A stretch of 32,000 nt of DNA from Candidatus Electronema halotolerans (GTDB lineage Bacteria; Desulfobacterota; Desulfobulbia; Desulfobulbales; Desulfobulbaceae): contig OW818675.1 of the NCBI GenBank assembly GCA_942493095.1, positions 450,001 to 482,000 on the forward strand. Direction: 5' to 3'. The notes beneath the pieces are model-generated. The model worked only from the letters and a program-made list of their open reading frames with translations, made no database searches and was not told where the DNA came from. A program made the translations under genes and the position numbers. Below, one piece after another: positions 15,724 to 25,700 of this stretch (positions within the stretch are counted from its first letter, which is position 1; every line of letters begins with the position of its first letter).

Positions 15724-17850
15724 TCAGAGGACTTCCTCTTCGTCCTCTCTCTCGGCATCCGGCAGCAGCAGAACATCCTCCTCCTGATACCGGATCAGCG
15801 GCCAGAGCACATTGCCGATGGACATGAAGCAGCCTAAATAGAAAATGCCCATGGCTGCGGCAATGCCGAAATGGAGCAGCCAGACTCCTGGGATAATAGA
15901 CATTCCCGGCGCGATGCTGATGACAAAGTTGCGCTTCATGGTCGCCTCGAATTCGTCCGCCGCCTCGAACAGGGCGGGCAGCCTGCTGAGGCTCCCATCC
16001 ATGAAGATCACCTGGGCTGTGTCCGTGGCCGCAGTGGAAGCGCCTTTCAGAGAAACCGAGACCTGCGCGGTCTTCAGGGCCACGGCATCGTTGATCCCGT
16101 CGCCGACAAAACAGACAAAACGGCCCTTTTGTTTCAGCCGCCTCACATAATCAGCCTTGTTTTCCGGCAGGACCTCGGCGAAATATTCCTCAATGCCGAG
16201 CCGTTCCGCCATAGCCCGGGTCGGCGCCTCATGATCGCCGGACAGGATGCAGCAGTGGATGCCCCGGTCTTCCAGAAACTGAATCACTTCAGCTGCTTCG
16301 GGACGCACTGTCGGCTCCAGCTCCAGAACACCGGCGACCTGACCGTCAATGCCGACATAGACCAAGGAATGCCCCTCAGCTTCGGCCTGCTCCCGGAGGA
16401 CGGAAGCTGTAGGGGGCATTCTGATGCCTTCGCGTTCCAGGAAACGGGCACTGCCGACTTGAATCACCCGGCTCTCCGTCCGCACCTTGATGCCGTAGCC
16501 CACCTCGTATCCGGCATCTTCCAAGTCCGGCAGAACGGTCTGCTCCGCCTCGGCCTTGGCGACTATGGCCCGGGCGACAGGATGGGGCTGGCGGCGCTCG
16601 GCGGCGGCGGCATAGCGCAGCAGTGTTTTCTGATCAAAACCGTTCAGGACATGAACCGCCTTCACAGTCGGCTGATCAAGGGTCAGCGTGCCGGTCTTGT
16701 CAAAGACCACCGTGTCCACATCCCGGAGTGATTCCAGCACCCTGCCGTCCTTGACCAGAATGCTGCCGCGTGAGAGCAGCTGGAGATGAGTGAGCACGGT
16801 GAGCGAGCCTGCGGGTGCCATTGTTCCGCCTAAGCTCGACCACATGACGGCCAAGGCGGCATCAGTCCCCAGCATGGACAGCGTGATCGCGGCGATGCCC
16901 AGATTGAGCGGCAGCAGACCGTCGGATATTTCTCTGCCCCGGCTGATCATGGTGTTCTTGTAACTCTGCGTCTGGTTGAGAATAGTGCCGATCTGCGCGG
17001 CCATAGTCGTGCTGCCCGCGCCGGTCACTTCGATTTCCAGACGGCCAGAGAGGAGGAGTGTGGAGGCGAAGACCTCATCTCCGACAGATTTTTCCGCAGG
17101 CTGGCTCTCGCCGGTGAGCAGGTGCTGGTCCGCCTGACCTTCACCGCGCCGGATACGTCCGTCCGCAGGAATCACTTCACCGGCATTGACGACCACGATG
17201 TCGCCCTGTTCAAGGCTGTGAAAATCAACCTGAATCTCAACCCCGTCCCTGATCAGCCAGACCTGTTCGGGATGACCGCTGAACACGCTGATCAGCTGCT
17301 GCTGCGAGTCGTCCTCGACCCGGTTGACGATCCCGGCGAAAAAATTCCCCATCACGCCGCCGAAGGCCGCTAAGATCAGATGTCCGGCACTGATCATGGC
17401 CAGCAGCATGAGCAGGCCAAGCAGGTAGATGCTGAAGTAACGTCTGCGCTTGAAATCTTTCCAAATCAGCGAAAAGGTCTCCCGCGACAGATAGAGCACT
17501 GCTAAGACTCCGACCCCGGTCAGTGCCGGAAACCATCCACTCAACACGGCCAGCCCGAACGCGCCCACGGAGAGCCGCATCTCCCGACGGTTCTTCCGCC
17601 GCGTCTTTTCCAGTTCTTTGCGCTGTTCCGGATCAATGTCCATCTGCAGCCGCTGCCGGTCCTCATCCTTCAAGGCTCGATACACATCCCGGAGCAGCTG
17701 CTTGGGACGGAGCGGACGGGCAGCCTTGGGACGGAGATGGCTTGTTCTCACTTTCCTCGTATTCTCGTGCTGTTCCGATTTTTTCGGCAGAGGCCTTTTC
17801 TTGTTCCACAGAGCGGCCCCGCCGCCGAGAAGCAGCATTTCAAGGATCAT
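15724..17850 (-). CDS. P-type ATPase, P1B-like but without the CPx motif (uncharacterised subfamily)
   Basis: TGES (LLTGESQP), DKTGTLT (16681-16704) and GDGINDAVAL are present. There is no N-terminal metal-binding domain; the first 90 aa are a Lys/Arg-rich cytosolic leader instead. The TM segment before DKTGT reads WSSLGGTMAPAGS rather than CPCALGLATP. Confidence 0.85.
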   Translation of the reverse strand: MILEMLLLGGGAALWNKKRPLPKKSEQHENTRKVRTSHLRPKAARPLRPKQLLRDVYRALKDEDRQRLQMDIDPEQRKELEKTRRKNRREMRLSVGAFGLAVLSGWFPALTGVGVLAVLYLSRETFSLIWKDFKRRRYFSIYLLGLLMLLAMISAGHLILAAFGGVMGNFFAGIVNRVEDDSQQQLISVFSGHPEQVWLIRDGVEIQVDFHSLEQGDIVVVNAGEVIPADGRIRRGEGQADQHLLTGESQPAEKSVGDEVFASTLLLSGRLEIEVTGAGSTTMAAQIGTILNQTQSYKNTMISRGREISDGLLPLNLGIAAITLSMLGTDAALAVMWSSLGGTMAPAGSLTVLTHLQLLSRGSILVKDGRVLESLRDVDTVVFDKTGTLTLDQPTVKAVHVLNGFDQKTLLRYAAAAERRQPHPVARAIVAKAEAEQTVLPDLEDAGYEVGYGIKVRTESRVIQVGSARFLEREGIRMPPTASVLREQAEAEGHSLVYVGIDGQVAGVLELEPTVRPEAAEVIQFLEDRGIHCCILSGDHEAPTRAMAERLGIEEYFAEVLPENKADYVRRLKQKGRFVCFVGDGINDAVALKTAQVSVSLKGASTAATDTAQVIFMDGSLSRLPALFEAADEFEATMKRNFVISIAPGMSIIPGVWLLHFGIAAAMGIFYLGCFMSIGNVLWPLIRYQEEDVLLLPDAEREDEEEVL

Positions 17851-18157
17851 TGTTTCCTCAGTTCAGTAGATGTCAGGCCCCGTATGATAATATACAAGGA
17901 GCTGGTCGTTGTTCCGAGCTTGGGAAAGGATCAACGAGATATTGTCAGAACATGAACAGCCCGGTTTGTCATCATGAACATCACTCTGCACAAAAAAAGC
18001 GCGGACGACTCCTGCAATCCATCGGGAAATTCAGCAGTCAACGCTTTCTGAACGGAAGATCGCAGTGAAACATGGGGCATTTTGGCGCATTGACTGACAA
18101 GAGATCATCTGTTCTCAGTCTCTATGAACTTGAATACGGCTGGGCCAATGCGCCTGA

Positions 18158-18183
18158 TGAAAAGAAACCCGCTGTTCGGCGGG
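18158..18183 (-). terminator. probable intrinsic terminator downstream of the PilZ gene
   Basis: The minus strand reads CCCGC-cgaaca-GCGGG followed by TTTCTTTTC. It lies 37 nt after the PilZ stop codon (18220-18222). The stem is short (5 bp). Confidence 0.4.
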
Positions 18184-18219
18184 TAATTGTGTTAAAAAAT
18201 AAATCTGTCCCTTTTTGAT

Positions 18220-18615
18220 TCAGGAAAAGCAGGAGCAGTCGGCATACTGCTCCAGACCGACGTGATGCTCGGCGCGCATCCTTGCTCTGCCGGGCAGAAA
18301 TTGCTGGACAAAGGTCTGCCAGTTTTCCGGCGCGTCAACGATGCTGAAGCCGACATCCATGAGAAAGCCGTTTTTTTTCCGCCAGCGGGGGGAAACCTTG
18401 AGCTTGTAGCAAGGACAGTCCGGCCCGCCGGAGAGCACCACGCTGTACTGCTTTCCCTCCACTGCGAATTTATCCGGCAGATCATTGAGCCGCAGGCCGT
18501 CAAAGGAAATATCCTCGACAATTCCGCCATAAATAAAATGTCCGTCAGCAATGTCAGCAATGAATCCTTTCAATTTCAACCGCACCTGTTTTCTTTTCTC
18601 AACCGCCTCTTCCAT
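18220..18615 (-). CDS. PilZ domain protein (putative c-di-GMP receptor)
   Basis: 131 aa with RKQVR (RxxxR) followed by VEDISFDGLRL (DxSxxG), the two PilZ c-di-GMP binding motifs. Confidence 0.7.
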   Translation of the reverse strand: MEEAVEKRKQVRLKLKGFIADIADGHFIYGGIVEDISFDGLRLNDLPDKFAVEGKQYSVVLSGGPDCPCYKLKVSPRWRKKNGFLMDVGFSIVDAPENWQTFVQQFLPGRARMRAEHHVGLEQYADCSCFS

Positions 18616-18681
18616 CAGCCGCTCCTCCTCGCGTCCTCTCTGACCTGTTTCTTCCCGCTGAAACAGCGGGCCTCTCCTGGC

Positions 18682-19356
18682 TCACATAAGTTCTGCAAAA
18701 TCATCAATTGATGGATATTGTTTCGCATAAACGACAGTTTTCCTGCTGCTGGCCTTGGCAATGTGAATCAGCCAAGCAATGCCGAAATCATCCGCCGCCC
18801 GCAGCACCTTTTCCGTGTCATCGGCAAACAGGGACCGCTGCGGGGCAAAACCGAGCATGTCCTGCAAACGAGTCCAGAACTGTGGCTCCTCTTTGGCAAA
18901 GCCGACCTCATCAGCGCAGATCATTCGGTCAAACCAGCCCCTAATATCCGCTTTGTTGAGCTTGATGTCCAACGTCTGCGGATGGGCATTGGTGACTAAA
19001 TACAGCCGCTTGTCCAGCCTGCGGCAGAAGGCGAGAAAGTCAGGGACATGCGGATGCACAGCGATCAGATGGCTGATGCGCAGCTTCAGCTCTGGGATGT
19101 CCATCTGCAATTCACGCGACCAATGGGCAATATCTGACCACTGGAGCGAGTTTTCCGCCTGCCGGTAGCGCGCCTTCAGCTCTTGGGCCGCCTGCGCCAT
19201 AGGCATGTCGTGCAGCAGGCTGTAATGCTCCGGCAGATAGACCTCCCAGAAGTAGTCATCAAAATGCTTGTCCAAGAGGGTGCCGTCCATGTCAAGCATG
19301 ACCGTGTCAACAGCGTCCCAATCGATCCGTGCGGCTATCTTCCTGCAAGTCTGCAT
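18682..19356 (-). CDS. yrfG: HAD-superfamily GMP/IMP nucleotidase (YrfG-like)
   Basis: IDWDAVDTVMLDMDGTLLDKHFDDYFW, LVTNAHPQTL..KL and LFADDTEKVLRAA are collinear with E. coli YrfG as I remember it. Start set at the ATG at 19356; the track start at 19410 is a TTG. Confidence 0.75.
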   Translation of the reverse strand: MQTCRKIAARIDWDAVDTVMLDMDGTLLDKHFDDYFWEVYLPEHYSLLHDMPMAQAAQELKARYRQAENSLQWSDIAHWSRELQMDIPELKLRISHLIAVHPHVPDFLAFCRRLDKRLYLVTNAHPQTLDIKLNKADIRGWFDRMICADEVGFAKEEPQFWTRLQDMLGFAPQRSLFADDTEKVLRAADDFGIAWLIHIAKASSRKTVVYAKQYPSIDDFAELM

Positions 19357-19542
19357 AATTAAGATTATATCCAGTCCTGTCCGCTTTTCATAGAGTTTTG
19401 TTGCGCCCAAGCTGACGGACTGTGAAGCATCAAGAGTGTTCTTGACAATGTGGCCCAGATGTTCATCGGCCAGACAGGCTGGTCAACCGAAACCGCCAAC
19501 CTTGGGCCTTGCTCAGACCGCAGCCTGCTGACCGGCGCGGCA

Positions 19543-19899
19543 TCAGTGCTTGATGCCGGAAATCACCCCAGGATTCTTGAGTTTGTTCGGCACCGAGCCT
19601 TTCAGCCAGCAGAGCGGGCTGGCATTGTCGCGGCGCGGCATCTGCTCGTGCGGCTTGACAAAGGCAAAGGCGCGGCAGGTGGAATCTTTGACGCAGGCAT
19701 CCATGCAGCTGCCGATATCGCTGACTGGAAAGCCGGGCTGCAAGTCGCCGCCAACCAAGTCGGTGTTGTATTCAATGGTGAAAACCGGCCCCACTGGTCC
19801 GCTTGGCTGCGGGACAACAGCAGCAGGCGGCGCTTGGGCATGGGCGGCGGTGGAAAACAGGGCGGCGGTCACAGCCGCCAAAAAAAGAACAGGTTTCAT
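19543..19899 (-). CDS. small secreted PAN/Apple-like domain protein
   Basis: Signal peptide MKPVLFLAAVTAALFSTAAHA. Cys pattern C..ACVKDSTCRAFAF....CWLK is typical of PAN/Apple modules. Confidence 0.55.
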   Translation of the reverse strand: MKPVLFLAAVTAALFSTAAHAQAPPAAVVPQPSGPVGPVFTIEYNTDLVGGDLQPGFPVSDIGSCMDACVKDSTCRAFAFVKPHEQMPRRDNASPLCWLKGSVPNKLKNPGVISGIKH

Positions 19900-20025
19900 G
19901 ATTCACTCCAATGGCGTTAAATTGACGTTTTTATCTTCTTCCGCATCTTGCCTTAGCAGGCAACGTCAATAAAACCTTTGCACCAAGGCTTTGTCAAACA
20001 AAAAAAGCTGACCGCTTGCAATCAA

Positions 20026-21543
20026 TCACTCTTTCATCACCATCACCAAGCTGCCGCAGATATTGCCGCAGCCTTCCTCCTGCGCTGCCGCAGCCTGCTC
20101 CTTGCGCAGCTCATTGACAGCCGCTGTCATCAGGGCCAAATAAACCCAGAGCGTGGTTGTGTTGTACTCAAAATCAACCAAGCCCTGAATGCAGATGACC
20201 AAGACCCCGCCGCTCATTGCGCTGACCAAGATTTCCAGCGGCGTTTTCTGGCGCAGCAAAGCTGGAACAATGCCTCTGAGCAGATAGAGGGTCAGCCAGA
20301 GCATGAAGAGCAGGCCGATCAGCCCGAATTCAAACCAGACGGAAAAATAAATGCTGTGCGCATGAGGCGCCCGCATCTCCCGTTTCAGATTGCCAATCCC
20401 CAGCCCTTGGAGCGGCACCTCGCTGTAGGCGCGGAAACTTTTGAGCCAGAGCCGTCTCCGGCTGTGCTGCTTGTTGTCAATCTCCGGGTCAATGGCATCG
20501 CCGGATTCAACCACCTTGATGCCCAGCGAGAAAAGCCGGGGCGAAAAATTTTTCTGAATGATCAGGGAAACCGCAATGTTCTGGGCCGTATAGATAGTGA
20601 TGATCAGCAGTGAAAAAACAACCAGCCAGCGGAACAGCCAACGCCGCAGCCTGTTGAGCAGGAAAAACATGGTCACGCCGACAATCAGCAAGGCCCCAAA
20701 ACCGGCCCGGCTTTCCGTGCGCAGGGTGACAAACATGAGCAGGAAGAGCAGGCCGAAGAGCAGGACATTCTGCCGCTTGGATTTGCTGGTCAGGAGCAGG
20801 CCGAGCAGCACTGGACAGGTCATGTTCATCAGCACCGAGGTTTCGTGGTTGTCCTGAAGCCCGGAGGCAACTTGGGGCCAGCCAGAGGGCTGAAGCCAGC
20901 TGGCAAAAAAATGAAAGCCGGTGACAAGGCCGGGCAGAATTTCTTTGCTGATCAATTGGTAATCAAAGAAAAACGAGGCCAAAGCAAAGGCCCCTTGAAA
21001 GGCGATGGACAGCGACCAGAGCCAGAGTGCCAGTCGCAGCTTGGCCGCATCGCTGATCAGGGCGGTGAGGATGAAGTAAAGCTGAACATTGGTGAGCAGA
21101 ATCAGAAACTGAAACAGACTGTGCTGCCAGCTCTCTGACCAGCACACGGTCAGCCCGGCATAGATGGTCAGGACCAGTATGGGAAAACCGAGCGGATTGC
21201 GGCCAAACTCTTTCATAAAGCGGCCCCACCGGTTCAATGTCAGGCCGAGCCAAGTCAGGAGGATGAGCGGCATGGAAACAGAAAAGGCATCAATGTAATT
21301 CATGCCAGTGATGAAATTCCACTGCTCTTTAAAGGCCGCATAGCAGACAAAAGAGGTTACTGGCGCGGTGAAGAGCAGGAGATTCATGCCTGCTGCCGGT
21401 TTGAGAAGGACAAGGCCGGTCAGCAGGAGCAGAGCATTGACAAGGAGAAAATAGAACCAGTGCGCTTGAATGGCAAGCAGGGAGAGCAGGAGGATGAGAG
21501 GCAGCAGCACCAGCAACAGTGCTGCTCTGAGCGCAGGAGGCAT
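20026..21543 (-). CDS. O-antigen ligase/polymerase family (Wzy_C) membrane protein
   Basis: About 12 predicted TM helices. A large loop is followed by APHAHSIYFSVWFEFGLIGLL, matching the H-x-x-x-L...E-x-G-x-x-G Wzy_C/WaaL signature. Confidence 0.7.
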   Translation of the reverse strand: MPPALRAALLLVLLPLILLLSLLAIQAHWFYFLLVNALLLLTGLVLLKPAAGMNLLLFTAPVTSFVCYAAFKEQWNFITGMNYIDAFSVSMPLILLTWLGLTLNRWGRFMKEFGRNPLGFPILVLTIYAGLTVCWSESWQHSLFQFLILLTNVQLYFILTALISDAAKLRLALWLWSLSIAFQGAFALASFFFDYQLISKEILPGLVTGFHFFASWLQPSGWPQVASGLQDNHETSVLMNMTCPVLLGLLLTSKSKRQNVLLFGLLFLLMFVTLRTESRAGFGALLIVGVTMFFLLNRLRRWLFRWLVVFSLLIITIYTAQNIAVSLIIQKNFSPRLFSLGIKVVESGDAIDPEIDNKQHSRRRLWLKSFRAYSEVPLQGLGIGNLKREMRAPHAHSIYFSVWFEFGLIGLLFMLWLTLYLLRGIVPALLRQKTPLEILVSAMSGGVLVICIQGLVDFEYNTTTLWVYLALMTAAVNELRKEQAAAAQEEGCGNICGSLVMVMKE

Positions 21544-21621
21544 GGTTCAGGGAAGCAGGCCGGGGCAGGTCTTTGCAAGCTGAGGACTGCCAAGCATCAG
21601 TTCTTCAGAAAATATCAAGAG

Positions 21622-22701
21622 TCACCTCAACTTCAAGGTGGCCAAGGCCATCAGGCCAAGAATAATTGAAATAATCCAGAAACGCACCACCACTTTCGGC
21701 TCTGTCCAGCCCTTCTGTTCAAAATGATGATGAAACGGCGACATGAGGAAAACCCGCTTGCCGCCGCTGGCCTTGAAATAGAGCACCTGAATGATCACGG
21801 ACAGGGCCTCCATGACGAAAATTCCGCCGACTATGGCAAGCAGGATTTCCTGTTTGATGATGATTGCCACCGTGCCGAGCGCGCCGCCCAAGGCTAAGGA
21901 GCCGACATCGCCCATGAACACTTGGGCCGGATACGTGTTGTACCAGAGAAAGCCGAGACAGGCCCCAGCCACGGCGGCACAGAAGACCGCCACTTCGTCC
22001 GCGCCGACAACATGGGGAATTTGCAGATAATGGGCCACTGCCGCATTGCCGACCGCATAAGCGAAAATCAGATACACTGAGGAGGCGATCATCATCGGCC
22101 CGGCAGCAAGGCCGTCCAAGCCGTCAGTGAGGTTGACCGCATTCGACGCGCCGACAATCACGGCCACAGCAAAGGGCAAATACCACCAGCCTATGTCAGG
22201 CTGCACCCCTTTGAGGAAGGGCAGACTCAGGCCGCCGTCATAAGCTGGATGCAGATGCAGATAGAGGCCGACCAGCAAACCGCCGCTGATTTGCAGCAGC
22301 AGCTTGCATCGCGCTGACAGCCCCTTGCTGCTGCTCCTTGTCACCTTGCGCCAGTCATCGACCATGCCGATCAGGCCGTAAAACAGGGTCAGGAGCAGGC
22401 AGACCCAGACCAGCTCATTGCGTAAATTGGCCCAGAGCAGGGTGGCTACAGCAATGGCGACCAGCATCAGCAGGCCGCCCATTGTCGGCACCCCGCGCTT
22501 GCTGAAATGGCTTTCCGGGCCGTCATCGCGCACCACTTGGCCGATCTGGCGGCTTTTCAGCCAGCGGATGAAGACTGGTTCAAAAAGGAAAAGAATGAGA
22601 AAGGCGGTCAGCGCGCTGCCGATGGAGCGGAAGGTCACGTAGCGGAACACATTGAAAGCACTGTGGTATTCATGCAGCGGGTAGATGAGATTGTAAAACA
22701 T
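21622..22701 (-). CDS. mraY: phospho-N-acetylmuramoyl-pentapeptide transferase
   Basis: Canonical MraY N-terminus (FNVFRYVTFR), PTMGG, NAVNLTDGLDGLA and HHHFE. The ATG is 3 nt after the murEF stop. Confidence 0.95.
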   Translation of the reverse strand: MFYNLIYPLHEYHSAFNVFRYVTFRSIGSALTAFLILFLFEPVFIRWLKSRQIGQVVRDDGPESHFSKRGVPTMGGLLMLVAIAVATLLWANLRNELVWVCLLLTLFYGLIGMVDDWRKVTRSSSKGLSARCKLLLQISGGLLVGLYLHLHPAYDGGLSLPFLKGVQPDIGWWYLPFAVAVIVGASNAVNLTDGLDGLAAGPMMIASSVYLIFAYAVGNAAVAHYLQIPHVVGADEVAVFCAAVAGACLGFLWYNTYPAQVFMGDVGSLALGGALGTVAIIIKQEILLAIVGGIFVMEALSVIIQVLYFKASGGKRVFLMSPFHHHFEQKGWTEPKVVVRFWIISIILGLMALATLKLR

Positions 22702-22704
22702 GCC

Positions 22705-25700
22705 TCAGCAGCCCCCTTTGTTCAGCTTGGCCTGCACAATTTCCAGCACCTTTTCCATCCGCATCCCCCGTGAGCCTTTGAGCAGGAGCCAGTCGCCTGC
22801 CGTGATATGGTTCATGTCGATTTCATTGAGCAGCCAAGCCGCCATTGCCGCAGTGTCAGGAAACACCTGCGTCATCTTGTCCGGCATTCCGCCTTGTCTT
22901 GCCCCTTCAGCAACTTGTTCCGCAAACGTGCCGGTTGCTGCTGCGTGCGCATAACCGAGCTGCGCGGCCTCCCGGCCAAGCTGCTCATGCGCTGCGGCTG
23001 AGGACTCACCCAATTCCAGCATGTCGCCGAGCAGGGCGATATGTTTGCAATTCTTGCCAAAGCCGCGCAAGGTCTTCAGAGCCGCCAACATGGAGCCGGG
23101 ATTGGCATTGTAGCAGTCGTTCAAGACATTGATGCCGTTGGGCAGGGTGACAAGCTGCATCCGCTTGTCCGCACTGCTCTGATAGGCCCGCAGCGTGTCA
23201 GCAATGGTTTCCGGTGCAATGCCAGCCGCATGAGCAATTGCCGCAGCCGCGCAGCAGTTGCTGACGCTGTGCAGGCCGGGCAAAGCAATCTCAACTTCTT
23301 GCTCCCAATCACATATACACAAGTTGAAGCGCATTCCTTTCTCACCGAGATCAGCAATGTTGACCGCGCTGACTTCCGGCGTGCGGCTGAGTCCTGCCGA
23401 CGTGACAGCAAAGCCGATCACCCGCGCTGAATTGGTCGGCAGCTTGCGCACCTGCGGATCATCCAAATTGACCACGCTGACCGTGTCCGCCCGCAGCCCG
23501 GCGAACAGCTCGCCCTTGGCCTTGGCAACGCCCTCAATGCTGCCCAAGCCCTCCAGATGCGCGGCCTGAACGTTGGTGATGCAGGCAATGTCAGGATCAG
23601 CCGCTGCACCAAGGCGGGCAATCTCGCCAGGATGATTCATGCCCATTTCCAGCACTGCCGCCTTGTGCCCGGCAGCCATTGGCAGCAAAGAGAGCGGCAT
23701 TCCAACCAGATTGTTGAAATTGCCCTGCGTCTTCAGAACCGGGTTGATGCCGGTGTTCGCCTCAGCAAAATGGCGGCTGAAAAGTGCCGCAACCAGTTCC
23801 TTGACCGTGGTCTTGCCGCTGCTGCCAGTGACGGCAGCCACGGTCAGCCTCTTGCCCAGCAGCCTGCGGCGATAGGCGGCCAAATCAAGCAGAGCTTGCA
23901 GCGTGTCAGTCACCCGGATAAGCACGGTTCCGGCAGACACCTGCATCTCACGCTGGACAATGACTGCTGCTGCTCCGGCCTCAATTGCCGTCTGCACATA
24001 GTCATGGCCGTCAAATTTCTCTCCGGCCAAAGCAACGAAAATGTCACCACGCTGCAACGTGCGCGTATCTATGGAAACGTTGCCAAACGTATGGGTAGGG
24101 GCAGGCCCCCGTGTCTGCCCTCCTGTTGCCCGAACCAAATGCCCAAAATTCCAGCGCAGCAAACCATTGACCGCCTCAATCCGATCATCAAAAAAATGCC
24201 GCTCCGCACCGATAATCTGATAATCCTCATGCCCTTTGCCTGCAATGAGAACGATGTCCTCCGGCCCGGCCAAGGCGCAGGCCGTATGAATGGCGGTTCT
24301 CCGGTCAGATATGCAGACAAAGCCTTTGGCAGATGCCAGCTCATCCGGCGTAAGCTCGGCCAGCCCAGCGGCCCGACATCCTGCCGCAACCTCGCTGATA
24401 ATGGTCTCCGGGTCTTCTGAGCGGGGATTGTCCGAAGTGACAAGGCTGAGGTCAGCAAATTTCGCCGCAACTGCCGCCATCTGAGGCCGCTTGCCCTTGT
24501 CGCGGTCGCCGCCGCAGCCAAAGACGCAGAACAGCCGCCCTTTAGTCAGCGGACGCAGGGTTTGCAGCACATTCTCAAGAGCATCCGGGCTGTGGGCGTA
24601 ATCGACCAGCACACAAGGCTGTTCCTCTTCGGCCAAGCCGGGTAGCTGCACCCGTTCCAAGCGGCCTGGCACCTGCCTGTCCTGCGCCAAACCAGAGACA
24701 ATCTGATCCGGCGGCAAGCTCAAGGCCAATCCTGCTCCGGCGGCGGCAAGGATGTTGAGGACGTTGTGCCGCCCGGTCAGGCAGGAACGGAATGGCAATG
24801 ATTTTCCGTTGACGCTGAGATTGCAGGAGAAGCCTCGGATGTCCTGCTGCAAATCTGTCGCAGAGACACGGTTTGCCTTTGCCGTGTCAAGACCGCAGGT
24901 GAATTGGGCCAGATCAGGCCGTTCCGCCGCCAGCTCGTGAAAAAGTTGACGGCCCCAGTCCTGCTCCGTGACGATCACCGCCTTGCCGTTCTCCTTGAGA
25001 TAGCGAGTGAAAAGCAGCTTTTTGGCCGCGAAATACGCCGCCATCGTGCCGTGAAAATCGAGATGGTCGCGGGTCAAATTGGTGAACAGGCCGACATCAA
25101 AGCGCAGCCCGGCCAATCGCCTTTGCTCCAAAGCATGAGAGGAAGTCTCCATTACCACGTGGGTCACGCCTGCATCAGCCATTACCCGCAGCATTTTTTG
25201 GAGCTGCACCGGCCCCGGCGTGGTCAGCGGCGCCTTCTCGGCAATCACCCTGCCAGCGCGATCTGTCCAGCGGTAGTTCACTGTGCCGATCACTCCGACC
25301 TGACAGCCGCTGGCAGCCAGCATCTGCTCGATCAGCCACGAAATCGTGGTCTTGCCATTAGTGCCGGTCAGGCCGATCAAGTTCATGTTTTGGGTTGGGA
25401 AGTCATGCAGAGCCGCAGCCAGCCAGCCCAAGGCGGCATGACTGTCCTTGACCTGGACCACTGCTGTGCCTTCCAGCGGGCCGGGATCATTTTCAACCAC
25501 GACGCAGGAGCAGTCTTGCTCCACAACTTGGCGGACAAAATCATGGCCGTCCGCCTTGCTGCCCTTGACCGCAACAAAGATGCTCTCCGGCCCAGCCTCA
25601 CGGGAGTCGCAGGTGATATGGCAGATTGGGCCTTCTGTTGCTCCATGCAGCACCTGCGCTGCCAGCTCTTCCGGCAGAGCGCGGAGCAGTTGATGCAATT

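Noticed and set aside
19991-20025. Possible terminator after the O-antigen-ligase-like gene (minus strand AAGC-ggtca-GCTT followed by TTTTTTTG).
   Set aside because: The stem is only 4 bp. The T-run is suggestive, but the hairpin is too weak to call.
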